A stretch of DNA of 64,000 nucleotides from Leucoraja ocellata (GCA_036785375.1 JAWMAR010000023.1:7502001-7566000), one strand, 5' to 3'; positions 24,901-39,900 are shown, counted from the first letter of the stretch. Numbers and translations: made by a program. The notes: generated from the sequence alone by a model not told the origin.

Positions 24901-27900
24901 ATTTTTTGAAGCTCTTGCAGCACAAGTAGTTCCTATAGAATATTATTAAAGATGCACAGTGAAGTTCTTTACCAACTGTGTTCTAAATTTCATGTTCACA
25001 GGTTTATGATTTATCCACTGATGCCTTGAGTCCAATGTACTACTTTCTTTTGCCAAGCTCAAAGATTCGTGACACAACATTTCTGTTCAATGAGGAAGGG
25101 AATAGTATTATTGTCGTCATGTCTTCGGCGGGTTATATGTACACACAAGTGATGGAGGAAGCCAGCAGTGCTCAGCATGGACCATTCTATGTCACTAACG
25201 TGTTTGAAATCCTGCATGAGGATCTGAAGGTTTGTACACAAATCATACTCTGTTATAATAAATTTTGCTTCCAATATTTTGATATTCTCAAATGGTCAAG
25301 GTTGGATTTAACCGCACATTTTAAAATTCGATCTGGTTATATAAACATCAGTCAAAGCACAAAGTGCTGCAGTAACTCAGCGGGTCAGGCAGCACCTGTG
25401 GATGAAATGGACAGGAGGGTGGGGACACTTCTCCTAGGCTTTAGTCTAAAGCAGATTCTAACCTCGAAAGTGGAGTCGACTCGAAACGTCGCCGTTCCAT
25501 TCTCTCCACAGATGTTGTCTGACCTGCTGAGTTATTCTACATTTTGTGTTTTGATCAGGATTCCACATTTGCAGTTTCTTTAGACTTTATATAATCACTG
25601 AACTTCTGCAATGATTTTATGGAAGTGTTAAATGCACCCTGGTTGCGAATGTTCATGATACTTAATATTTCAACTCGATGATTATATTAATGTGTCAATG
25701 TACACACCCAAACATGATCCTTTCTCGTTTCCTTTCTAGGATAGTAATGGGCAGTTTGCAGGCGGTGGTGTCTCAGTCTTCTACTCCCATGTCCTCCAGA
25801 TGCTGTTTTTCAGTTACAGTCAGGGCAAATCCTTTGCAGCCATGTTAAGTCGCACAACCCTGGAAGTGCAGCGTCTGTTCCCAATCAACCTGAAGAGGTG
25901 AGTGACATGCAAGGACTATCGCACACAGAGGCTCGTGACACGTGGGGACTGTCACACAGAGGCTCGTGACACGGGGGACTGTCACACCGAGGCCTGGCAC
26001 CTGCGCACTGTTACAAAGGAGATGGTGATCGAACATCTCTCTCAACAGCTTCTCAGATATCAGCTTTTATACTATATATTTCATCTAACAATACAGTGAA
26101 CTAACAGAGACGTCTACAAAATAGTAATAAAAATCTAAATTCTGTAAATACTGGAAACCCTAAGCAGGATTGATGGCATGTGGAGAAAATGCAGGGAGGT
26201 TAAAGACTCTGTTATAGCATCTTAATCTGAAGAGCTTAAAGTCGAAGATAAATGTAGCATATGATGAAAGAATGGCTCGACTGGGATTATATTCACTTGA
26301 ATTTAGAAGGATGAGTGGGGATCTTATAGAAACATGTAAAATTCTTACGGGCTAGATGCAGGAAAAAAATTCCCTATGTTGGGAACATCCAGAACCAGGG
26401 GTCACAGTTTAAGAATAAGGGTTAGGCCATTTAGGACTAAGATGAGGAAAAGCTTTTTCACCCAGAGAGTTGTGAATCTGGAATTATCTGCCACAGAAGG
26501 CAGTAGAGGCCAACTCAGTGGATGTTTTCAAGAGAGAGTTAGATATAGCTCTTAGGGCTAACGGAATCAAGGGGTATGGGGACAAAACAGGAATGGGGTA
26601 CTGATTTTGGATAATCAACCATGATCGTATTGAATGGCGGTGCTGTCTCAAGGGGCCGATTGGCCTACTCCTGCACCTATTTTCTATGTTCTATGTTTCT
26701 ATAAATGGGCTCCTCTGCTAGCAGAAACTGTGCCAGCCATCATGCCCCTATTTACACTTGTCCTACCCTAAGCTGTTTATTCCTCTTCACATTTCCATCA
26801 AATGCTCCCAGATTCTGCCACTCACTTGCACGTTGAGAATAATTTGCCCTGGCCAGTTAACTGAGCAAGCTGCAGTGCTTGGGGTGTGAAACAAACTGAA
26901 AAATCCAGGGGAGACCCATGTGGTCACGGAAAAGGTACAAACTGCACGCAGATAGCACCAGAGGTCAGGAGCTTTACTTGTAGTGTTGTTGCATCCTCCT
27001 CCACCACAATCTGCATCTAATATATCCATGTACATCTTCTCTACATTCATAGAAATTAGGTGCAGGAGTAGGCCATTCGGCCCTTCGAGCCTGCACCGCC
27101 ATTTTCATATTCAATTTTAAAGGCATTCATGACCATTGATGATAGATGCACCATTTTGAAGGCTTGGTGGTTGTACCTGAGTGTCTATTTATATCTCTAC
27201 CCTCTAACTCCTGCTTCCCATCTTCTTTGTTTCCTTCTCCTCTCCTTCTCTCTTGCTTTCATTACTTCCCTCCTTTCCCGCAGACTTTGCTTCTCATTCT
27301 TTAAAGATGATATTAAATTGGAAAGCTGTTCTGTCACACTGTCACAAATGGCCTGCTCTCAAATAATTGATTTGATTTCACATCCTCTCCCAGCGTCTCT
27401 GTATCTTCTGAAGCTCTCATCCCTTCACACATTTCCACGCATGAGTCATCCAGCCGTGGCTCCTCAGTTTACGTCTTTCCTCCTGGCAGATCTCTTGCAC
27501 ACGCCTTCACCTCCAGCCCAGCCTCTTTTCTGAAGAGCCATCAATTGAATTGAAAAATACAGCATAGAAAATGGTCCACCGAATCCATGTTGACCATCGA
27601 TCACCCGTTCACACTATTTCTACATTATCCCACATTCGCATCCACCCCCTGCCCTCTTGGTGCAATTTACAAAGGCCAATTAACCCTCAAACTAGCACAT
27701 CCTTTGGACGTGGGAGGAAACCAGAACACCTGTCGGAAACCCAAACGGTCACATGTAGAACATGCAAACTCCACACAGAGAGCATCCAAAGTCAGGATGG
27801 AACCCAAGTTACTGACACTGTGGCAGTAGCTCTACCAGCTGTGCCATTGTCCCTTCCCTAATTTACTTTAATCCACTACTTTCCATGTGTAAATTGTTTC

Positions 27901-30900
27901 TTATTATGTTAGAATAATACAGCTGGAACGGGACCTTTGGCCCACAATGTGCCAAACATGATGCTGAGTTAAACTGATCTAATCTGCCTGTAGAGGTGTA
28001 TCATGACTTCCTTACTCTTAGGTGCCGGTATGATTCACTTGTTCATATTTGTATTGCTTTATTTTCCTCTCTAGTTCCAATGGTGGCAGTGGGAAGACAG
28101 TTCCTGCCTTATGCCAGTGGTCAGAGGTGATGAACCATCCAGGTCTTGTTTGCTGTGTCCAACAAACCACCGGAATTCCACTGGTTATTATGGTTAAACC
28201 AGACACGTTCCTTATCCAGGAAATAAAAACCCTGCCTGCCAAAGCCAAGGTCAGTGACTGTCTCGCTGAAAATGTATCTGGTAGATAGTAATAAATTGGT
28301 TCAACGGTACTTTATTGTCCTATATACCTCAATGCAGTGAAATGCTTTGTTTTGCACAATTCTGTAAAAATCACACCTTACATAAGCATAATCATATATG
28401 TTCCACATTTTGTGACATCTTTTATGTTGGCAGTTAGAGTTGATGATATGCTGACGGTAGGAATGTAGTGAGTGCTTTCAATGGTTAAACGGCAGTGAAG
28501 GAAGGTCGTCAGCTTTCCTGTGCAGCTGAGCCACATTTGTAATGAAACATAGCAAACTCTCCAAAAAAGAATGAAATCTGGTTTTCAAATGAGTCATTTC
28601 CAATGCAGCAGCATGACATATGACTGCCCAAAATAATGAGGAAAAGGATGAATAACATAGGACAGAAATACCAGGTGCTTGAGCAAACGACCAGTTTGTG
28701 GTTATAATACATCCAAATGATTCCTATCGTTTCAGTTTCAGTGAAAAGCCTCCAACTAAAGTGTTAACTTGTCCTTTTAGTGCTTCCCAAAGGCTCTCTA
28801 CATCTACGTAGTAGCCTCGCTGTGCAGAACAGCACTTTATGAGATTTAATCCAGGCTGAGAATACTTTAGGACGATTGAATTACAGAAGTGATCATCTGG
28901 CAGATGGCTGTGCATATATAATATCTCTTGCTGGGTATATGTCTGAATGTCAATGGAGACTGCATTACTTTGTGCATTTTCTGTGTTGAAGCTGGTTTTC
29001 AGTGAACCACACTGTCGCTTGCTGACAGCTTATCAGAGAGCAACTGCTAATTAGATGGTACACAAAAATGCTGGAGAAACTCAGCGGGTGCAGCAGCATC
29101 TATGGAGCGAAGGAAATAGGCAACGTTTCGGGCCGATGTATCTACCCGAAACATTGCCTATTCCTTCGCTCCATAGATGCTGCTGCACCCGCTGAGTTTC
29201 TCCAGCATTTTTGTGTACCTTCGATATTCCAGCATCTGCAGTTCCTTCTTAAATGCTAATAAGATGGCGCCACTTCATGATAAATGATGTGTCAGCTGCT
29301 TTTCATTTTGCTATATATTCCTGTACCGTCCCTCTCAATTGTTCTTGCCATCTTCAAAGGTCAGCAAGATTGCCTCAAGCTGCTTGTTGGGTTAGCTGAA
29401 GCCATTTTTTTAAACGGAAGTCGTGTCTGACAAAGTTATAAGAGGAAGGGAGTTCAAGTTCAAGGGAACGCATGACTTGCTCCTGCTCTGATTTCTTATG
29501 TTTTTGTGGGGAGATCCTACACACTGGCCAAGGCTTGTGTAATTGCTGTGATAAATGTGGGCAAGAACTCGTGCGCCTTACCCACAATAGCAGAATTAAC
29601 AACAAGCTGAACTATGCCTGTAGCTTTACTGGCAACGTTTCTAAATATCCATCACATTCAGGAACATTTGCGAACTATTAAAAATAAAGCAAACAATTAG
29701 AACCAATTAAAACATTTTTAAAAAAATGCTATGTAAGAAGTAGGTTTGAGGTGAGAGGGGAAAGATTTAATAAGAATCTGAGGAGCAACTTTTTCACACA
29801 GAGGGTGGTGTTGGATGGAACAAGCTGACGAGGAGGTTGTTGTGCTGGGAAATTGCCAACGGAGCTCATTTAGCAAATCTTGGACTTCAGGGTCCATTCC
29901 CAACCTCCTGGCACTATGGAGGATAAAAGCTGACTGTTTGGCCCATTGTCTTTAATTCAAATTCATTTCTAATCCACCAATATTGTTGTAGACAGTCTGG
30001 GACTGAGCCGTTTTGTTTCTGCCATACTCAAGTACAAGAACTTTAAACCACAATATATGAAAGCTACAAAATATATACGTTTTCACCTCTAAAATTCCCT
30101 AGTTCCACCACTTGCTTTTGAAGCATTCAGCTTTACATTTGTTCTTTCTGGAATTGACTGTTTCAATATTTGCTGGCTGATGTCCCACTTTCTACCCTTG
30201 GTATACTTGAGGTCATCCAAAACTTAATTGATTTCTTTTCCAGTCTCGTTTGTCAATATGATCTGCATTTATCACTAGTTATACACCTCAGTCTTAAAAT
30301 TGTATTTCTCATCTTTGGTATCCTCCATAGTCTGGCCCCTTCCTGCCTCTAATCTCTTTCCACTCAACAATTCTTGATATTTGTTTTCCAAATATCTCCT
30401 TTTAAATGTAACTAAATTGACTTCATATTTGCTAATTGTGCCTCTAGCAGCAGAGGCACAAACTCTGGAATCCCTTTACCTTTCCTTCCATTTTGTTAAT
30501 GCTTCTTTGACCATTAATGTTTGGTTAATTGCGCCGAAAGTATCACAGTTTTTGGCAGTTCTTTGGTGTACATTGGAATTTTTTTACCACATTAAAGGTA
30601 TTACATAAATGTGCTATTGTTGATCACCTGCACCTCCTCCATTGCCTTACATGATCCAATATAAAGGCTTCTGCTGATAAATGTACATATTATTGCAAAG
30701 ATTGAGCTATGAACGATAAAAATTCCCGGTAGAGATAGTTTAGGTATTAAGAGAAATATTTATCTCCAAATTCCAAGCAATATATTGTGCGTCCAGAGCA
30801 TTTTCTAATTTTACTTAAGATTTCCATTGTGTGAATTTTATTGTGATCTCAAATACTTCCATTGAATTATTGTACTGGAAAACTGAAATAACTCAGCGGG

Positions 30901-33900
30901 TCAGACAGCATCTGTAGAGGAAATGGATAAGTGGCATTTTGGGTCGGGAGTTGAGCTCAAGTCAGGGGTCTCCAGGTTATTGTAAAGGTTGTTCAAAAGC
31001 TGATTGTATATAACTGTAACAATCAGATATTCTAATATCTCTGCACTCTTTGGGGAAAGATGCGTAGTTACTGGAAATGTTCTGACAGCCTGCTAGTTTC
31101 AGCACATTGCCTTAGGATACTTGATTATTTCCTTTAGAATGTAAACGGAAAAGCCTCAAATTTGGAAATGTGATTTGGAACCAAAACGACAATTTATTAT
31201 AAATGAAAGGCAACTTGCTCTCAGCGAGAGGGACAATATTGGTGATATGTCTGTTGAAAAATTCATTTGCAATCTCAAAATAATTTATTTTTAGAATTCA
31301 AAATATCAAGAGTGGGGCAGTAACGGTGAAACTGTTCAGATCTGCAAGTAAACAGAGACTTGGGAAAAAATATTTGAAAGACCGTTCCTTCCGCAATTTT
31401 GCATTCTTGTCCTCTTCCTTTCACATTCCAGATTCAGGATATGGTTGCTATTCGCCACACGGCCAGCAATGATCAACAAAGAACCACCATGATACTTCTA
31501 TGTGAGGATGGCAGCCTGAGAATCTACATGGCAAACGTCGAGAACACATCATATTGGCTGCAGCCTTCCCTCCAGCCAAGCAGTGTCATCAGCATCCTGA
31601 AACCTGTTCGCAAGCGCAAAGCTGCAGCTGCCAGTAAGTCTTTACTCTCAGATCTAATCCTAAGAAGGGAACTTACACAATGATAAGTATGAGTGCAAAG
31701 ATGGCAAGGGAAATGCCTGTGTAAATGATTGCACTGCCTACTCAAACTGAGGTTCTCACTTGTTCAAACCTTTCTGCTGGAAATGAGAATGATAATCTCC
31801 TTCACAGGGCTCTTTTAGAAATTTAGGATTTCAGTTTCTTAGTTTAGTTTAGAGATACAGCATGGAAACAGGCTCTTCGGTCCATGACAATTATCGATCA
31901 CCCGTTTACAAATTATCTTTGATCACCTTTGAGGAGTTAATCGCCCTTGCTTTCGTAGGCAGTACTGACGAAAAAGTCAGAAGAGGAAGAAAAAATTACC
32001 TGTTTTGATTGCCAGCTACGTGCTTGGATAATCTCTGGAGAGACCTGTTGAAAGGCTAATGTGTTCATATGTAAATTTGTAATTTTACTATTAACATTCT
32101 ATAATTCAAAGATCACCACAATAGTTTACAGTATAAATGTATCTTTGAGCTGAATGGATGGATGGTTGTAAAACTGGTGGATGGAAACATTTTGCACAGA
32201 TATGTCACAAAAGAGAAATGTAATTTATTTCTCAACAAAACATTGAACAGTGCAGCACAGGAACAGGTCCTTCAGCCCACATTGTCTTTGCTGAACATGA
32301 TGGCAAGATCAACTCGTGTCCTGTGTCTGCTCATGATCCATGTCCCTAGATTCCCTGCATATCCAAAGCTTGAGTGTAAGTTGTTTATTGACAGCATCCT
32401 GCATCACTGGTTTATTACTGACGAGTTTCCTTTGCTGCCTTTGTTTACAGCTACACACACCTCCAGTCAGGTTACATTTCCAATTGATTTCTTCGAACAC
32501 AACCAGCAGCTGACTGATGTTGAGTTTGGGGGCAATGACTTGCTGCAGGTGTACAACATGCAACAAATCAAACATCGGCTGAACTCCACCGGCATGTACG
32601 TGGCCAGCACCAAGGTACGTCCACCAGATGGCACCCACTGTCACTTTCTGAAGATGCCATTAGTTCTTCAATTTTAATGTGTTGATATCTTGTTCACTAT
32701 TTAATTTTTCAAGAAGAGATCAGAGGTGCAATCTCATTACATAGATGACATTGAATATAACACAGTATTAAAATGAAACTTGTAGGTGGTGAGTTCTGCA
32801 GTACAAAGTCTGTGGCACCTTTTCAACTAGGGCCATCATTTTGGAAAAAGCTGCCCAACGAATCCAGCTGCTCTGCTCTTTCTCCATTCGTCTGCAGTCC
32901 CCATCTTCCTTTTCAAGAGACCATCCAATTCCCTATTCAAACTTCATACTTCAACTGCTCCAACATTTATCCAGAAAGCACACTTCAGATCACAACGGTG
33001 TACCTTTTTTGTTTTAAAAAAGCTCCTCCTCGCCACTGGTTCTGTTGTCAAGAGTCTTAATTCATTGTCTCCTGGTTACCAACTCTGTTGCCTGTGGATT
33101 GATTTCATTATTCACTTGATTTTTTCATCAATATTTAGATGTTTTGAGGAGGAAGAAAAACTATTACTAACAAGGAAGATGGGGACTGCAGAGGGCAAAC
33201 ATTTTTGTGTAAATACATGGTTTCTGACAACAATTGTTTATTGAATACATTTGATCATAAAATTGCACGTCAAGTCAAGTTTATTTGTCACATACACATA
33301 CGAGATGTGCAGTGAAATGAAAGTGGCAATGAAAGTGATTACAATAATCACACATAACTAAAATGACCCTTTAAGTCTGCTTGGGGTCCTTATTCATTCA
33401 AAGGGGTGTTCATTATATCGGAGCAGATTTGGAGAATTATGACAGAATTCTGAGAGATCATACTTAGTTGCTGTACAAAAGAAAGTAGGAGCGGACGCAG
33501 ACGGCTTAAGCCTGCCCCTCCTTTACTTAAGATCATGGCTGCCTATGCTAACCTTGACTTTTCTTCCAACTCAATTCCTCCCCCAGTTCTCCCCCAACTC
33601 AATTCTCAATCTTTCAAATACTTATCGATCTCCACCTTAACTATATCTAATGATCTGGCTTCTACCACTCTCGGGGGTTGGAGAATTAAAAAAAAAAAAT
33701 GTCTATGCATTTCAGTTTTAAGTTGTTGATATGTCCCTTATTCTCCCATTAGTGAACATATCTCAGCATCTACTCTGTCTAGCCCCCTTTGGATCTTACA
33801 TTTATTTTAATGCTGTTAGAGTATTTTAAATATGTTGTTTGCGGTTGAGGTAAAAGGGATTTGGTATGAATGCATATTTCCCTGCTGGTTGTCAGTCTAT

Positions 33901-36900
33901 GCATAAGAGGAAGATAATCGGAAGATGATAAACATAAGTGTATGGCTATATTCGTTTTGATTGATACTAATCTGTACATTACTTTGCAGCCAGGTGGATT
34001 CACAGTGGACGGTGTCAACAACAATGCCACCATGGTAATGACGGGGATGCGGATCCAAGTTGGGACTCAGGCGATTGAGAGAGCACCGTCCTATATCGAG
34101 ATTTTTGGTCGCACAATGCAGCTGAACATGACGAGAGCTCGTTGGTTTGATTATCCATTCACACGTGAAGAGGCACTGCAGGCTGATAAGAAATTAACCA
34201 TTTTTGGTAAGTGGGAATTAGTTGTAGATGTTGGAATCTTGAGCAAAGCACAAAGAGCTGGAGAAACTCAGCAGGTCAGGCGGCATCTGCGGAGCAATCT
34301 AACAGGCGACATTTCCGGTTGGGCCCCATCTTCTGGGGAGAGATAGCTGGAAAGGAGAGGTGGAGGCGGGACAACATAGATACAGGTGAGGGTAGGGCTG
34401 TAATTGGCAGATTGGTGGCGTAAATGACAAGGGCTGGAGGTGAAAAGGAGACAAAGGGTGACAGATAAGGTGAGAGAAGAGTGAAATGTAAAGATATATA
34501 TAGATCGGGGGGGGGGGGGGAGGGGAAAGAGGGGGGGGATAGAAAATAAACGAGGGACAGTGTACCAAAGGAAAATAAGCAGGATTGCGGGTGGGTGGGA
34601 GATAGTGGGAGAAATAGGTGCTTAATATTTCTATATTGGTACACAATATTTCTCTCCTTCCACAGGTAGGGTTTGGTGAGGGCTGCTTATTTTTAAGCTA
34701 CCATCTAAACCTGTTATATGTTTGATTAGCTCGGCCTATTTTTCTGATTTCTGATCTGAGTGATGTTAATCCTGCAAAAAATGTTTATTACTTTTAGGAA
34801 GTAAGTCGATTTCCACATTCAGCTTCGAGCATTAATCGAGAGTAAGAGAAAATCATTTTTTGTTCGTAGAACATAGAAAAGTACAACAGAAGAACAGACT
34901 CTTTGGCCCGCAATATCCATGGCAAACATGGTACCGAGCCAACTAATCTCATCAATCTGCACATGATCCATATCCTTCCATTCTTTGCCCATGCGCCTAT
35001 CCAAAAGCCTTTGAAACGCCACTGTTATATCTGCCTCCATCTTCAACCCTGGCATCGAGTTCCAGATACCCACCACTGTGTGTAAACAAAATTCTGTCCC
35101 CACACATCTTCTTTAAACTTTATCCCTCAAAGATATGCCCTCTCATCTTTGGCAGTCCCACACTGAGTTCTTAAAGTGTCCATATCTTTTTGTAATAAAT
35201 TATCTCCTTTTTTTTTACTCTTATAGTTGGTGCATCGGTGGATCCGGCTGGGGTTACAATGGTCGACTCAATAAAGATCTACGGGAAGACAAAGGAGCAA
35301 TTTGGGTGGCCCGATGAGCCTCCAGAGGATTTCCCTTCAGCCTCTGTGAATAATGTCGTTGCTCCGAGTGTCAGCCAGAGTAACACCACGGGAGAAGTGG
35401 ACTCAGTCACTCCATCCTCCACCAGTGGCTCTGTCCTTGAGAGGTAAGCATGAGCTGGACTCGGTGAAGTTATGTGAATTGCATACTGATGTCCAGCTCC
35501 TGATTGGTGATGAACAAATGTTGAACGGTGAACATATATTGACAGCATTTAATATAAGATTCTATGGGATAAATTCCAAAAATATGTTTTCTTGCAGCAA
35601 ATTGTAGACTCCAAATGGAGAGAACTTGGCAAGGCTGATTAAAACAAAATAAACATTCTCTAACGTGGGGAATGATTTTGTTCACCTTGATGCATTTGTT
35701 CTGTGATCAGAGTCGAGTGTTCTAGAATGCCTTTTTTGCTGAACCGTGTGTGGCTTTCATGCAGAAGCTTGTCATTACGGCATGATATCAGGCAGTGTCT
35801 TGAGCTTACAGTTCTGGCATTGAGTCGATTGATGCATTTTTATTGTTTCTGAAGATAGTGGGATTAGGAAGTAAAACCTAGCAACATGCTCTTTTCATCA
35901 GTCCTGCCCAAGAGCTCCTTTCTACTAAGCTGTGGCTGTCTGTATCTCTGCACGTTTCTGTCATCTCTGTCCATTTATGTTAATCTGATGCGCAGTTATG
36001 TGCTAATATTTTTGCATTAGACCATTTTATTTCTCATGGCCATGCTCAGACGCTTCTTGCTGCCTCTTGCCTTTTGTAAAGTATTGCTAGTTTTTTATTT
36101 ACACCCTCAACCAATTTATAAGTCCATCCCTACTGCCCTGCCTTTCTTTGCCACCTCTTACAGTTTGGATCCTTCTCAATAAACCTCCAACTGTTTTCTC
36201 TGCCTTTCTTGGCTTCCTCTGAACTTCCGTTATTGCTTTCATAAAAACGGCAACTCTAACTGTCTCATACTTATAACCAATCAGCGTTCTCATCTAACTT
36301 CAACTTGCTCACTGTTCCACTAGCTGTATTCACCACAAACCCACTAATTTTGGACAGATGAACAATAATTGCCCTTGTCTAGATTTCCTTCCAAAGTATC
36401 ATCTGAGCAACTTTAAATCTTCAATGACCACCTCAACTGAAATAGTGTCAACTAATACCTTCAACAATATTGGCAACATCAGCCCTCCTCAAAGCTACAT
36501 TCACTGTAATTAAAAATATGCAGTTGCTGGAAATCTATAAATTAAAACAATGTGCTAGAACTATTTGGTTAACCAGACAGCCTCTGTGGGAAGAGAAATA
36601 GATGTAACTCTAAGTCAACCATGCCTTTAAGCTATGGTGTTAGTCAACTTTTCATCTTGCAATCTCGGATTTTAAAACTCTTCTGCCTTTAGTGAATTCT
36701 GTACTATCCCATTCACCCATCTCTCCATTCATCACATGCATACAATGGCTTCCACAGTGTTTCTCATCCTTACGTTTAAATCCTTGCACATCCTTTACCC
36801 TTCTTAACTCGGCAATCAATTGCATACTTCCCTCAAGTATATATTTCTTGTTTCTTTCTTCACTCACTCTCCATAGTGTATAGGCATAGGCATTATCCTC

Positions 36901-39900
36901 ATGTGTATAACTTCCCCAGATTGCTCCTCCACCCATTGCACAACATTCAGTCTGGGTGTCTTTGTAAACTAGATCAAAGCTTTGGAAACTCTGCACCAAA
37001 TCTGCTCATCTATTACCCACTTATCCTTTGCATCTTCCCCAATGTCTTTTCCTTTTGGCTTAGTAGCCACATCTGAGGAGTTACATCTCTGAGTTACTGT
37101 CGTCATTTAGTAGGGCACTATTGATATATATTTGTTGCTTTAATGAAAGAGAAAATCTACAGATATGGCGATATCTGTAGTTCAATAAAAAGCAGTTTTT
37201 TACTATTCTAAAAATAGTGTTTTTTATTGAACTGAGGAATTTTATAATTCCTTAAAGCATTGATGCCAACTCAATCATATCTGTAGGTGCTTAAAGTAGT
37301 AGTAGTAGTAGTAGGCCCCTCTCGGTCATGACTGACCATGGGTGATGCATCCTGGTCAGATGCAAGCCTGGGCGATGTCATATGCAAGACATGCTGTTGC
37401 CCATGCAGCACGTCCCCCCTCTCCACGTCGCTGATCGATCCAAAGGGACAGCAGGGCCGTTACAGTTTGGCACCAGCGCAGACGCAGGAGCTGCCAGAGC
37501 GAGGTTGTAGACAACGACAAACTGCCTTAGGGGCTCTGGATATTCGTGAGGTTTACTCCTGGAGCCTTTTCCATGACTGGATATGGCCACAAGGCAGTGT
37601 AGGTTTTAAATCAGTTTTCCCTCTCCTAGATGGACTGCCTTCCCAGGCGGATGAGCCCCATCTGCCCGAGGCTCGTGGGGGCGGGAGCGTCTACCTTTCC
37701 GTGCAGGTCTATAGCACCAAGTAGATTTTGACATATTATATGCAAAAAGTCTGCACATTATTCTCCTAGCAAGATGTCAGTTGCTGGGAGCTCATCTGAG
37801 GGCACTTCAGTTGGGGTTTGGAGATATGACCATCGTAGGAAGGTAGAATAGGGGAATGGGCAGAGAAAGCCAGAACGGTTTACTGGCAAGAATGTGTTTG
37901 GAATGTGACCATATCGATAAGATTTTTACATGACCACATTGGATAGAAATTTTAAATTACTTTCTCTCTTGGGGATGTGAGGATAATTTGACAGCTGAGT
38001 TGTTAGTGGTAAGCATGCCGTAACTTTAAATAAGCAATGTATTTCCTGAGTGTTTTGAGCCTGTATAATGTTACTTTGCACTGAATCGCAATGATTTTTT
38101 GCAGTTTGCAGCTGTTGTTCTGGATCAGGCTGGATTGCTACAGTTATAAATACCTCAATGTTTTCCCAACTGAAACCACCTGGTTTAACACCAGTCCTTT
38201 CTACTCAAAATGGAAACCCATTGTAGTTTTAAGTCTCCAGGGTGTTTCGCATTCTGAGAAATCTCCTGGGGTTTCACTACAAAACTGCAAAGTGTAAAAA
38301 GTGTATATGTTTGTGCAGAATGAATTAATTCCCAAACCTACAAACAATGAAATGAATGGGGAGGTGTTGGGATAACTGCAAAAGGAAATGGTCTCCATCT
38401 TGCATTTCATTTGTCTGTTGCATTTTGTGCTGTGTGCTGAAACAAAGTGTTTCATAGCAAACACTAGCATGACTCCATCAAAACCTCTGCTGTTTCTGCA
38501 TGCTAGGCTCGTCATCTTTTCTTTCTGCTTTTTTCTAAAGTGTTATAAAGAATTGTGTTTACTTCATTTAAAGTTCTCATGTGGTGTTCTTTTCTGTTAT
38601 TCCTTGAAAGTTGTGAAACTGAATCCCTAAACTCCTTAGACCGGTTAGTATCCCTTCTTTCTCTTTATGCTGTTCTCTTTTCTGATCATGTTGTCGTTTC
38701 TATAACATCAGACTAACTAAAGTGGCAGTAACAATGCAGATGTTTGATCCTTTGATTGTGAAGTGCTTTTCAAAGTAACATTGATTTAATCGTGTTCTTG
38801 GGTTCAATAAACCATTTCCATTCATGTCATGTGTTTATGGAATCAATGTCGGCATGGATAACTGCACATTGCTGGCTGGGTGAATCCTGTGGCTCTACCA
38901 CTAAGTGGGATGTATCTAGTTTTTAGAGTTTGTTGTTTAGGTCTTTGATGATCTATTGACGGTGCTCTTTATATGACTCCACATGAAGTCTTTGGTTATT
39001 TTATGTTAATGATATGGACAATAATTTGGAAGAAATGTTCGGTATTTTTATAAGTGATACCAAAAGAAATGGAAGGGCATATAATGGAAAACAACATGAT
39101 GAGGATTTGCAAAGATTTATGTTTATTACTTTATCAGAATAAAACATGGGACATGAAGTTGATGTGGATAAGAATAAAATAGGAAAGCAAGGAATCAAAT
39201 GAGAGAAAGAGGTCTAATTGAAGAATGAGGAGCATTCTCATTCGTTAAAATTGTCATCAGTAAATCTATCAGTTTTGTCTTTAGCTGCAGATAAAATCGG
39301 AAGTATGGTGAAGCACTGAGGTCTTCTGAACAACCTGTTGCTCTAAAGCTCATGGAGATAATCCATAGAAGTTTGCTCAGGGTTTTGATAGACTGGACAA
39401 ATTAGTGCCAGAAAAGTCAAATTATTCTTTAAGGGTGGAAATACCATTTGACGTAAATGTTACACGGCTTTATTATGTTTGGAGACAAGGAACTGCAGAT
39501 GCCGTAATCTTGAGCAAAGTACAAAGTGCTAGCAGAACTCACTGGGTCAAACATCATCTGTGAAGGTTGCTAAGACAGGTGGGACAGGTGAAGGGTACGA
39601 AACGCTGCCTGACCCATTGAGTTCCCTCTGAGTGTCTTATTACTAACCTGAGGAAAAGTCACCAAGGGCTGAAGTAACTCAGCAGGTCAGGCAGCATCTG
39701 CACCACAACATCACCTGTCCATTCCCTTCACAGATGCTGCCTGACCCGCTGAGTTCCTCCAGTATTTTGTGTTTTACTCAAGGTACTAGTATCTGCGATT
39801 CCTTGTCTCTCCATCTGTGGGGGGAATGTTTAGGCAATGTTTTGGGCAGTGACAGTTCTTCAAAATGCTGCTTGTTGCTTGACATTGAATCAAGCACTTT

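Noticed and set aside
25913-25992. Tandem repeat as a CRISPR-like array
   Set aside because: No unique spacers, only about 2.5 units, eukaryotic intron.
35902-35931. Possible 30-nt microexon ([11 protein letters not shown])
   Set aside because: Donor gtggct is poor and there is no independent support.
38105-38297. In-frame ORF after an acceptor-like gcag as an alternative terminal or poison exon
   Set aside because: No UBR4-like peptide and no convincing donor or poly(A) site.
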